Shown here one piece after another: positions 12,484 to 25,000 of a stretch of DNA of 64,000 nt (its first letter is position 1; each line of letters starts with the position of its first letter). A program made the translations under genes and the position numbers. This DNA is from Sporopachydermia quercuum (lineage: Eukaryota). The notes beneath the pieces were generated by a model. The model did not search any database and was not told the origin of the DNA. It worked only from the letters and a program-made list of their open reading frames with translations. The stretch lies in the NCBI GenBank assembly GCA_001599295.1, contig BCGN01000011.1, forward strand, positions 124,001 through 188,000, read 5' to 3'.

Positions 12484-15400
12484 TGTCGAATTGGAAGGTG
12501 ATCTTTCAGTTGATAATCCTAAAAGTTGATGGATCAATGAATGAATTCAATAGGAAGGTTGTAGGNTCGCTGAAAAGGATTATTAAATGGTGAGAAAAGG
12601 ACTATAGTTGGTGGATTCTCTGTTACTTATATAGTATTCAATGACCAATGAGTAAATTTCACACCGTAGTTGATGATTGTGATACTTATGATATACGTAA
12701 GATTGAGGATTCGTAAGTATGTACTAATTTGGAACAAGGTTTTTCCTTTATAATAAAAAGAAATGGTTATTCCTTTTCTTGTACGTAAAGGATAATCTGT
12801 CGCGGTGTGCGGGTTAAACAGTGAACGGTTTGTGGGACTACAGAGATTGTCAATTGACAAGGCTGTGGCGGTTCATACCAAGGAAGACCTGGGTAAGGCA
12901 GGATAGGAGTGAACAAGGAGCTAGAGTAGGAGAAGGGATGAGGGAAGAGCGTTGAAATGTAGAAAGGTTAAGGTAATGATGAGTTATAGTTGAAGTATGG
13001 AATAATACTTATACAGAATTAATTATTATGGCAAAGATTAAGGAGCTCTCCATTCCGTTGTTATTGCTCAAGTGCACTGTATCAATAATTTGATGTTCTG
13101 CGAACGATCAGGAACCATCTGGGGGTATGGTGAGAAGGTTGTACGGAGATAGACCTCCCGGTTCTAACGCTTGATTAAACAACAGGAGAATTGGCGTTCA
13201 GGAGATCATAACTGTTGTTACAGAAATTGTTCCAATGAAATAAACAGAGAGAAATTAAGAGGTTATTCATTGCTCTCGAATTGAAAGAAAGAAAAAAAAT
13301 CTTGTCAACTATTTAGCCTGGTGATGATTCATTCATTCTGATTAGGACGGGCTGATGATGAATGAAATACAAGAATCAACTGAGAGGTTCTCTTTTGCCA
13401 TTTACTTTACAAAATCGAGTAATTGATCAGTCCCAATGATCCACTACTTATTCAATTCTGAAATTATACCATATGATACCCTGTAGTCCATAAAAACCGG
13501 AACGATTATCTTTTCTATTTGACCCAGCCATCTCGAATATTACTTTACTAAGAAACATCTCTGATATTTGGAACACTATCTTTACCTACTAACGTTTGCA
13601 TGAACATTACATTAGAATTATGACCGTGCTCTCTGTCAACATTTCATATTAAATAAATGGGGAACTAGAAGAAATATGAGATATATAATGAGGTACGCAA
13701 GACTTAGTAATATTCTGTTCATTCTCCTGTAGACACGCCCTTCGTATCCAACTGTCGCGCACAATGCACCCAGCTGGGCACAGAGTATCAAACTGGTGAA
13801 GAAATCCTGGGACTACAAGTAATAAGAGAGGGGACAGATTTTAGCTCTTATTCCTATACTTAATGAATTTGAATTCTATTATTTGGAAACTTCTCCGCAA
13901 TTCGTTGTTTGTTTTCAGTTTCTTATTCACTTTCTTTCTCCAGATACAGAGAATGTTAATACATACTTAGTGCTTAACTACCTACCCACTTGTTTCAATA
14001 TTCGATTATTCTCGTAGACCTTTCCGTGATAAGTAAGAAATTCGTAGACATTCGCACGGAGGTTCCGAAACTCAGATTGAATATACCGATAATTGTACGG
14101 AAGGTGACTGGTAACTGTATTTGGTAGGTATATATGGGGTAAAGATAGTAGAGCAATTGAATAGTACCTTGTATAAAGATATATGCTGCTATTAAATCTG
14201 TTGAAAGCATTCAAATTGGGATACTAGCAATAAAGAAAAACGAGAACAGAGAGAACATAATATCGATAGATTACTATTGAGATTCTCACTATACATGGCC
14301 CCCATATTTGAAGATTAAAAGAGAGATTCCGTAGTTCCATCCTAATTTTAGTGAAAATATGTACCGAAGAAGAATAACAATCTCATTCAATTTTTTTAAT
14401 ATCCCTTTGTAATATGCCTAGTTTTTAAACGTTCTCAAATTTCTCAATCGGAAAAGTGTAAAACAAACCATTTGATTAGAAAATAACATCACTTAAACTT
14501 CTACAAATTCTATTGATGTTCTACTGATTTCTCTTCTATATAGCTGGTTCTTACATTTTACAACTCGCAGACTGACAGGTTCATAATAATAAGGTTTACT
14601 TGTCTTATCAAATTCGGTAATTGAATACGCTACTAGTTAAGTTTAATTCAGGTAAGTAAAAAGAGGGGTAAACTTTATTAATATGGCAGACATTAATGAA
14701 TACTAAAAGTTAATAATCCGGTTCCGTATATCGCAATAGAAGTTCCAGTTATCATACTTTAATGATGTAGAATCATTCTTGATGATAGAAGAAAAGGGAA
14801 TCCTATGATTTAATTCGTTAATGACAAGTCCAGATCTCAATTACTAATGGAAAATTGGGGAAATGAATGCAATAGAGTTATGAGAAATTATTGTCTTGTA
14901 GTGTTTTCCTTTGTGAACCAGTGGACCTATGATTGATGTCTAGATAATTACAACTCTCTGCTANCAACTGTATGTTTAAGGGAAGTACGCAACTTGTTTT
15001 GTTTTATCAGTAATTGACGGGATGATTTTTCGGTAACAAAGTGTGAGTCAAAGGTTGTTTAATGACTGGGCAAATTGCTAACATTGGTGAAATAGAACAA
15101 TGGAGCAGATTTGTTGAGTCCAAAATGAGCAAAATGGTCCTCAATCATGAGCAGGTGTGTATGAGCAGGTGATATATGAGAAGCTGCTGAAATATAGTGT
15201 TTTTGAGAATAGATTGACCCTAACAAACACTTGTTGACAAATATAAGCAAGTGGAGGAAAAATAAATCAATAACTTAAGCTTCTAATACTTGTCAATTGT
15301 TTTACTTTCTTGCAGTAATAATGTATATTGTATGCTCCATGATACAGATCTATGAACGTTTAGACAAAATGGACAAATGTTCAATTCGGCAATTGTCATT

Positions 15401-15773
15401 TCAATTCTACTCTTTGTACTCGTTCAGATGATTAATTTCGTCATAGGTTATTATAATTGATTCGCTTCAAAAAGATCTGTTCCTTTCTCCTCTGCGAATA
15501 CTTCTGTCATACTTTTACTGTGAAGCGCCAATTGCACATTAAGTATCATCTCATCTTCATAGCCCTATATAATTCTATCAGCCTCGCACGATAAATCCGT
15601 AACTCATTAATCCGCTAACAAACTCCATTAGTCTGCTGAGAAAAGACTTGGTGAACAACTTAGTAATTCNTTTCTTTAACATCTTGAGCATCGAAATTTT
15701 ATTTGACTCTTATTGAAACAAAAATTGACTTAGATACAATAATAATAACAATCATAATCATCATAATATATCA

Positions 15774-16763
15774 TTAATTTCCAATAGTTGCATTAAACCA
15801 TGTAGGAATAGCATAACCAGATGCTGATAAGCAACCGCATACTCCAACCCATTTTGGTGTTAAAATACCTCCCGTCATTGATGACCAGTGAATTGTCAGT
15901 GGAAAATATGCACCATTGTATAAAAACTCTTTCCACCATCTACTAGAATTCTCACCTTTATAGATCTTTTCGTAAGCCAATCTTCCCAACTCCAGAATAG
16001 TGAAAAGGAACCAAAACTTACAAGCAGTAGCAAAAAGCCATGTTTGAGTTTTTGGTTCTATGTTCAAGATGCCATGTTTTGATAAATACCAAAGGTTCTC
16101 AAATGGTTGATAGCATAGTAAAGCGGTGAATTTCGCAACAGTATGGAAATTGATCTCACTAGGTGACTTCACTGCTTGGACTAGCATATTAGCCCATATA
16201 GGACTTGCATATAACCTGTTGAATATACGAACGTCTGATATCAAAGCTGCAATAGCTGCTAGTGATTTGGCATATGGAATACTGGGTATTGCTTGAGTTA
16301 ATGCTAAAAAGCCATATCCAATAAATGCAAATGTTTTATCCATCAACGCTGGATTGGTAAGAACTTGAGTGATCTTCAATAACCTTGGTCCTAAGGATTT
16401 CTTGAGAACCAGTAATAGTTTGATAATGAAAAGAGATTTTGGTTGTTTTCTTGGCTGTTCAATTGGGATTGGTTCCGGGAATGTCACCTTTGAATCTCTA
16501 ACTTCGTTTGTATGGCCTATTTTTGCTTTCTCTAAGGAGAGATCCTGTGGAGGATCATTTATCTCCTCTGCTTTAGTCGTGGTAGCTTTAGTTGGAAATG
16601 CTGGCTTGTTCCCATCTTTCAGCTTCTTAGAATGCGCTTCTTGTTGTTTCTTTTTCTCAGTATTNGTCTTTGATACTGAACCACTAGGTTTCAGTTTGAT
16701 TCCTGTGGATACTCCATTGATACTGGCATCACCAGCGGCTTTCTCTATCTTTACTGATGACAT
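15774..16763 (-). CDS. Pex11-family peroxisomal membrane protein (Pex11C/Pex11B-like) with a charged N-terminal extension
   Basis: The C-terminal ~190 aa show Pex11-family motifs: DKTFAFIGY, ISDVRIFNRL, YQPFENLWYLSKHGIL, CKFW and YFPLTIHWS. Confidence 0.7.
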   Translation of the reverse strand: MSSVKIEKAAGDASINGVSTGIKLKPSGSVSKXNTEKKKQQEAHSKKLKDGNKPAFPTKATTTKAEEINDPPQDLSLEKAKIGHTNEVRDSKVTFPEPIPIEQPRKQPKSLFIIKLLLVLKKSLGPRLLKITQVLTNPALMDKTFAFIGYGFLALTQAIPSIPYAKSLAAIAALISDVRIFNRLYASPIWANMLVQAVKSPSEINFHTVAKFTALLCYQPFENLWYLSKHGILNIEPKTQTWLFATACKFWFLFTILELGRLAYEKIYKGENSSRWWKEFLYNGAYFPLTIHWSSMTGGILTPKWVGVCGCLSASGYAIPTWFNATIGN

Positions 16764-19479
16764 TATTTATATGAAATTCTTACTCAGATTGCTTATGTTT
16801 CTTTTGTCAATAAATTTATCTATGATATCAAAGCATACACATTTGATTTTATTTAGTTAGTTGATGGCCAGTCTCCAGAAGGTATAGAAAGTCTACAAAA
16901 CTATCAATATTGTAAACTGATCATTTGGAATGTCATAACCTTTTTATAGGAAACAGAAAGATGTGAAAGCAATATTAAATCTCATCTGTGGGGTAATTGC
17001 TTTATCATTCTATTTCGTCCTTAGAATCCGCTAGTGAACAATTATATAAAGGACAGCTAATCCAATCTTTTCCCGGTTATGTTATCGTACTTCCTCGGTA
17101 ATGCAATGTTCACTTATCAGCAGCAACTTGTCAACCAGCCAAGACAATACTTATAATATAATGTGTGTTATATAGCACTAGCATATCTGAGGTTTAAAAC
17201 AGTGTAAGCTAACTAAACAAGGCAAATAAACTAAGGTACATCGCTTCAACCCANTAACTCTACCTATCCATACATCCTTCTCATTTATCGTATAAATCTG
17301 CAATTCCTACTATTTCAATACTTACCTGTAAATTCTTAGTAGTATTATGTACCCTTGTTTTACGATGATCTGACAAGTATTATTGCTACTATTCTCAAAT
17401 CACCCTCTATTGTTGGTTTCTGTAACCCTAGTTGAAGATATTTCACAGATAGATTCTAGATATTTGATGCCGAAGATAAACTTAGGATTTGAAAAATTGT
17501 GGGGTAAATGATATCACGTGAATTGTAGTTATAGTTTTTGGTGTTTGACTATTGATATCATAGTAGATAAAGATAAATAATAGTTGATTGGGAAGATGAG
17601 AAATGAAAGATGGAAATAGGTGATAATGTAAAATAATTGTAAACGCGATCCAAAATATGAACGTAAAATACTGTAAGAACAGATTATGGTATGTACTATA
17701 TATGTAACAGGTATTATGAAGAACGGAGAGAGGAGCGTTTGAGAGCATGGAAGACTTATTTGAAGCTTACTGACATGATTTCCATGAAGAAAAATGGGAA
17801 TATCTGTTTAAGCAGGCCTTTTTGTTCTATTAAAATCATAAACAATTCAGTTGAACTTGGGAAAAACTTGTGTCTGAAATGGTCATATTATAAAAAATTC
17901 TTTATAAAGAATTCTTTTAATAAGTCTAACCTTGAATCTCCTACCCAATTCCAAATATGAAGCAGAAGTAACAGTCACCTCTTGCAGTCAACCCAACCTA
18001 ATCAGACCAAAGAAACATGCCTACTTGAATATTATTATAACATCAAAATTGATTTATTATAATTTTGTTTAAGATAATCTTGTTCAAAATGATGCACCAA
18101 AATGAAAGAATATTCAATTATAATGGCCAAACAATTGANATTAATCGAAGATCAACTCGATGATCATATAGTAGAAAGCCGATTTCGGGATTTCACAAGA
18201 TAATCGTTTTAATCAGGTATCTCATCTCAATTGACTTTCAACCCCTTTTGATAACAAATTCTTGTATAATTCACCAGAAATGTAGAAAATTAAACAGTAT
18301 GATTGTTGCACGAACAATCCCAAACAACTAATAATTATTGCAGATCAGCTGTTTACATCCTTCTTCATTGCCTTCAGTCAACTACGATCGTAGTTTTTCA
18401 TCTTCTTCTTATAAAGTCAAACACTTAAGAATAACCGTTAAAACTCCGACAAAAAATTACTGATAAGTTCCTATATCAGGTACTTTTTTACCACAAAAAG
18501 TATCGAACACCGAAGTAAGTTCCAGTGATAGTACTGTCACGTGGAGCAATGACGTCCTGAAAACTTTAAGAAGTAAAAATACAGTTTCAGACCCTTGTCT
18601 AATTTCTTCTCTACAAATAATAGATTTTTCGAACTTCGGAGTTAAGGTTCTCAGACTCTTTTCTTATCCCCTTTGCATATGTAGCAGAGAAGTGAACAAT
18701 GACTATGCAAGGAACTATGTGATATTTTACCTCAAACTTCTTGTAAATTAATATATGTAATCCTTTAAATAACCAATTNTATACACATCGGAGTAAAGTT
18801 CCAACTCTCTATGGAGTCATAGTCCTATTCCACAACCATTCTCCACCTCATCGCCTCGTCTAACTCTATTTTCAAGTTCCCAGAGTTTACTCCTCGCCCG
18901 CCAGTCGTGTTTCTTACTAATTACATATATATATATAGACCCCTTTCACATAAGGGTCTGTCCAGTGGCAACTTCCAAAGTTTAGCGGGTTTTTCTTCAG
19001 TTTCACACCCATAATAAAATTAGTTAGCAATTCTTCCTGCTTCTCTAAATATTTCACATTATATATAAAGAAGACGATGCCTATGTGTATATAAGATTAT
19101 CTTTCCCATCAGAAGAAAAAGATTGTTATTGTGATTAAAGTTATATCTTTATCTATTTATTCATCATCAATCTTAATTTATACCTGTTTGTGTTACTATA
19201 CTAAAGGTACATACACATTCTATTAAACTCATTGGTTAATTCAACAAGTTAGTCAGTAGAGGAAGAACGAGCCAATCAGCAAGGTATATCAGAAGTATAA
19301 AAGAATTAGAAGACTGTTTTCTATCACTCAGGAAGAACCAAACTGGGCAGCGGAATATCAAATAGTGATATAATCGACTCCCAGAGTTCTCGTCTCATTT
19401 AATTATATAAGCTCGACGTATTTGGCATATTTCCGTTATCCAATCAAATTTCACAGCAATACATTAATTGGCCATCAAA

Positions 19480-19989
19480 ATGTTTTCCATNACAAGATCA
19501 ATTCGATTAGCTAAGCTACCGGTTCAACCAATTGCTCAAGCAACAAGAGCATATCATCCAAAGGTCATTGATCATTATACAAACCCAAGGAATATGGGAT
19601 CAATGAATAAGAACGATGAGAACGTTGGTACGGGATTAGTTGGAGCTCCAGCTTGTGGTGATGTTATGAAGTTGCAAATCAAAGTTGATGATAAGGGAAT
19701 CATTTCCGACGTGAAGTTCAAGACATTTGGTTGTGGCTCAGCTATTGCCTCATCTTCTTATGTCACAGAGCTCGTCAAGGGTATGTCATTGGAAGAAGCT
19801 GGTAAAGTGAAGAACACAACTATTGCTAAGGAATTATCGCTACCACCTGTGAAGCTTCATTGTTCAATGTTGGCAGAAGAAGCGATCAAGTTTGCTATTG
19901 AAGATTATCAAAAGAAATCAAAGAGAAAAGTTACTCTAGGTCCTGATGCAGACACTAATTCAACAGTGAAGGAAACTCTTACTAAATAA
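19480..19989 (+). CDS. ISU1: Mitochondrial Fe-S cluster scaffold Isu1/IscU
   Basis: ATG at 19480. Motifs YHPKVIDHY, GAPACGDVM, KTFGCGSAIAS and LPPVKLHCSMLAE. Confidence 0.95.
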   Translation: MFSXTRSIRLAKLPVQPIAQATRAYHPKVIDHYTNPRNMGSMNKNDENVGTGLVGAPACGDVMKLQIKVDDKGIISDVKFKTFGCGSAIASSSYVTELVKGMSLEEAGKVKNTTIAKELSLPPVKLHCSMLAEEAIKFAIEDYQKKSKRKVTLGPDADTNSTVKETLTK

Positions 19990-21170
19990 GGCTGGTTATA
20001 TATAGTTTAATGTTATGTTTATTTATTTCGCGATTGAATTTTTTGTGTTGTATTTTGAGATTAGGGTTATGTTTAATTTTCTATTTCCAATGTTAGAATT
20101 TTAGGTGATATGATTGATTGGTTAGGAACCTAAGAATGCCAATGATTGTAGGATCAGTGGTAGAATAAGAGTGATAGTGAGAGTCGGTCAAGGNACTACT
20201 TTTTGGTCAATTGTCAGCCAGAACCTTTTACGTTCACTAAGTATGGAGTGGTTATTTTTCTCATTACTGGCAGGAAGGAAGTTGATTTGTTACATATGAT
20301 ATTGTCTTAGCGTGTTCTCCATTGTTTATCTGTTCCTCCTATACTATCAAACGCTATCAGGGACAACCGATTGAGATATAAGGCGTTTTAACAACTACGG
20401 CGCGTTCAATTGTGTTAGGTGTATTTACTTACGTTTTCAATCATTGATAAATAAATNAATAAGAAAATGAATAAATTAACATTTCACTGTTATCTTTTCA
20501 ATTAACTAAGTATACTTATTACTTGTAANCCGTTTATTCGAGGTCACCAGACAAATCTGATTAGGGCTGGAGAGAGATCCCGGATTTTCCTTGTACGTAT
20601 TCGCAATAACCAGAGAAAACAGATTTCCTCAGGTTTTCTATAAGAATTCATTTAGCTGTTCCTTCAAGAAACGATCTACATTACTGGATTTATTCATTGG
20701 ACTGTTCAATCTAGTCTCCTGTTTATTCAAATCCCATGCGTTCGTTCAGTGAAGTGGTACAATATCAAAATGAAAATATAACAGTAAGGCAAGATAACAA
20801 TGAATTTTGCATACAAAAATTATGTGTTGCATGCAACCTTAATGTCTGACAAAAATAACAAAAATAAGCACATGGCGACTGTTTGTTTTGTGCTTCAATG
20901 CTCAGTAAAGAGAAATACTGCATACGTCCTGTCCAATAGTTTAAAATATTATCTTATCTGTTTCCATATCACACATTCTTGTGAAGCTATCCTATACTAT
21001 TTTTCTTTCCGATTTACGTGTACGTTCAGCCATCTATCGATTTCGTAGAGACCTAGTGTACCGGTTTTTCCAATCCACGGCTGAATAATGAAAGGCAAAC
21101 AATTCGCTGAATGTTCTTCTGGTTCTCATAGCAATTATATGAATAGTTGTAATATCTACTCAATTACTAT

Positions 21171-21199
21171 ATCTCAACATCTCAACATCTCAACATCTC
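21171..21199 (+). repeat. Short tandem repeat (ATCTCAAC)x3.6
   Basis: Read directly; intergenic. Confidence 0.8.
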
Positions 21200-22066
21200 T
21201 GCCACTAATGGCTAATCTTTCATTCCTCTTTGTAGTTTCTCTTCTTCTTTCTTTATAGTGGAGAGAATACCTTACGGTAAATCCTTGCGTAAATTACATT
21301 AATTGCTTACACTAATAAAACAATCAATTACATTGATGTAAGAAAAATTAATACTGCNTATCATAGTATTTGGATTTGTGACTTCCACATGTATTTAATC
21401 ACAAATAAATACAAATTGCATACACACATTAAAATTAAGTACTTGGAGCATCCAGTATTTATTTCATCATCTTGTTGATATACTAATTTTTCTTTTCTGA
21501 AGAGGTAAGATCGGCAAAGAAAAGAGCGAAGTAGGTTTATCAAAAATACGCATATACCCTAGGCTGTGAATTTCAATAATTCTTCAGTTTATTCTTATCA
21601 TCAAAGAGTCTGCTGTCGAAACACTCATTCATTCATTCTCTTTCAGCTTTTAGTTTTTCGGTGGATAGATACTTCAGTTGCTTCCTGGTTGCTGCTTGAA
21701 GAATAGTTTTACATTGCCTTATACCGTTGTGGTCTGTTCTTGATTGTCTCTATCATTTGCAATTGATAGAAAGAAGTTGCTTCAATAATTATATAAGATA
21801 CTATCGACTGCCAAGTTAAGTTGGCCTATTAGATAACATTCAGATAGCAGGCAGGTCTACTATATTTCGACCATCTCACTGCAATCTATTATCTAATTCT
21901 AATTCCAAAGCAAATAAACGGAGATAAAACATAGGTATCCTTTAATAATCTCAACCAATTCAACTCAGTAAATGAACTGTTAGGATCTTGTAGACTATTT
22001 TCATTTTTAGTCTACACAATTTATAATACGATACCATCTATATAAACGACCTAAAACAGACCTTCG

Positions 22067-25000
22067 ATGACATCACCAATAAGCATCAACAATGAACTGA
22101 AAAATGGTTCTAAACAACAGAAAGAGCATACTCATCAGCCGCTATCATCATCATACTCATCTGGTGTTAGTAATAACGATGTGGACTGGGTCTTTCGTGG
22201 GAAGCTTAAGAAGTCTCGTAGCAGATCAAACACTGTCCCTGCTAGATCAAACGATAAGAACAATACTTCGGATACCAAGCAGAAATCAAAAGAATGGGAG
22301 GACAAGGAGACCTTGAATTCAAGTAATAAATTGGTAGAGGAACCAGAAGAAAGCAAGAGCAATGAACGCCTATCGTCAATCAGAGATACAGATAGAACGA
22401 CTGATGCAGCTACTATTGCAAACTCTGCCACGGGTCCAGGAACTGGAATAATTCTTACAGGAATACCACTTACAAATACCACGAAGTCCTCATCTAGTAC
22501 CGCTGCGCCAAAAACTATCCCTACAGTATCCACTCCTGCTGTGAATCCTACATCATCGGCCACATCTCCGTCTGCAATCTCGCCAACGAAAGTNCCTACG
22601 AACCCTGTTAAAAAGCAATCACCACCTTGCCTATCTCCCATACAGGTAAACGTGAAGGAGACTAAAAAGTCATCTTGGCGCTCAGCATTTTCATCTAAGT
22701 TTAAGCAGAGCTCCCCAACAACGCCGGCAGGTACGGTACCAGTAAATCAACAGACCACATATGATACAATAGCGGCCATTAACGGTAGCAGCTTAGAGAA
22801 AGTAAGTTCAAGCGCCGGTAACTATAAAAATGTACCATCTGTTACTATATCACAACCACCTATAAGTCCCAATAACACCAACAATTCATATGCTGTTACA
22901 CCAGTAAGCGGTACGGGATCGCCTAGTACAAGCATCCTAGCCAATACTACAGAAAAGTCATCAGGGTTCTTTGGTTCTTTGAGACGATCAAAATCACCAA
23001 CACCTAATGATGGCACCACATCTTCAGTAGCACCAACCTCAGCCTTAACTGCTGCCTTGAATACTTCTTCTCAAAATACTTTCAGCTCTTCAGCTACAAG
23101 TGCTCCCACACCTTCAAAGGAAGCAGCTTCATCAGCTCAATATTTTTCAACAACAGCTTCATTATCCTCAACTCCAGCGTCTACAGATGCTAATTTTTCT
23201 GCTTCCAACCTTTCGGCAAGCCTCGACAGAACTACTTCCAATATATCAATAGCAAGTATGTCCAGCAGCGTTTCTAAACTATATNTTTCCCCAAGGATGG
23301 TTCTCAACAAAAATAGAACCCGTTGTAAGCTGTCGAACGAAACATTACAAACCATCGCACTGAAAAGAGTCTCTTTCCGCCTAGACGAATTGGAAACAGA
23401 TCCTCCACAACAAATTCCTTCTAGGAATCCTCGTAAGGGGTTTGTGGAGCTCATTGACACTAGAGATATTGCTCAGGGTATCAATACTAGNTCAGAGGTA
23501 GTACCAGGTTCGTCAGTAGGTACAGCTTTTAGCACTAAGACCAGCTTAACGACGCCAGAAATAGTAACACCTTCTCCTGTATCTTCCCCTAAAAAAGCTT
23601 ATATAGACCCTGTTGCAGCATTATCAACNGACAGTTTGATTGCCACTAAGCGCGAGCCTTTCAATGACAATATTCCCTTGGAGAAAATATATACCCGATG
23701 TTGCCATTTACGGGAAATTCTACCGATTCCCGTCACCATGAGACAAGTGGAAGGAAAAACATCTCCTCTATCATCTCTCAAAATGGTCAATCCAAAACCA
23801 ACCCTTGTCGATGTGCTCGCATTCTCTGATTTCATTTCAATAGTTCCCATAACTTGCCTGATCCTCGACAACGTATTCCTGACAGATGAAATGGTGAAGA
23901 TATTATTTTCAGCTATTTTAACGGCTCCAGAGATTGAAAAACTTTCACTGAGGAACAGTCCTTTATCAACTACGGGATGGTCGTATTTATGTTCATTGAT
24001 TGCTCGTAATAAAACGATAATAAAGCTTGATTTGTCTCAAACCAAAGTGAAAAACGAATGGAAGAAGGACTATTTACGTTCCGATAGAAATTGGGAACTA
24101 CTTGCGGAAGCTATTGAAATCCGTGGTGGCTTACAGGAACTAGTGCTGAACGGTTGTAAAATACCTTCATCACAGTTTGGTGACTTCATGAAAAAGGCTA
24201 TGAAGTTCTACACCAACAGAGTGGGCTTAGCCTCTAATAATCTATCAAAGAACGAGTATAAGGTTATTAGTAAATGTATCACCAGCAACAATAGTCTAAT
24301 TCAAGGACTGGATATTGGTTTCAATAAACCAATGATAGACGAGTACTTCATACCATTTCTCAAATATTTCAATCCTGATATGAAATTGAAGTTCCTTTCT
24401 TTAAATTCATGCGATTTGAAGATTGGTGAAAATCTCATCTCATTTCTTAACAAACTGGCTACAACTGAATTAAGATTTATTGATCTCTCCGCCAATCCTG
24501 AATTATTTCCAGGCATTATTCCTGTACTGAAAGATTTGTTGCCCAGGTTTCCTGATCTAAGAAGAATACATCTAGACTCGAACGCCCTTTCGTCGAGAGA
24601 TATCATCACAGTAGCTGAAGTGTTACCAAAAATGAAGAACTTATGCCATATCAGTTTGTTGGATAACTTAGCTATGGATAAAGCTGCTACCGGGGCAATA
24701 TACACGGCTATTAAAGCATCGAGAACTATTATAACTATTGATCTTGACGAAGAATTGATACCAGAGAAGTTCAACAAGAGTATTGCGTTCTATTGTATGA
24801 GAAACATGCAATGGCTAGTGAATAAAGACGTGAAAGGACTACAGGAAAGTAACGAAGACGAGTTTTTCTCATCACAGAACTTTGATAACAGACCAGATGA
24901 TTTGATGAAGGCTGGCTCTTTGGTAATTCAATCTTTGCAAGGATTTTTTGATCATAAAGTCGACGAAAGTGACTATAAAGAAATTATCGAGTCTCTGATT

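Noticed and set aside
13978..14214. Two overlapping short minus-strand ORFs in the long intergenic region
   Set aside because: Non-ATG starts, no recognisable motifs and a composition like random AT-rich DNA.
16369..16860. 163-aa + strand ORF
   Set aside because: Antisense shadow of the Pex11-family gene.
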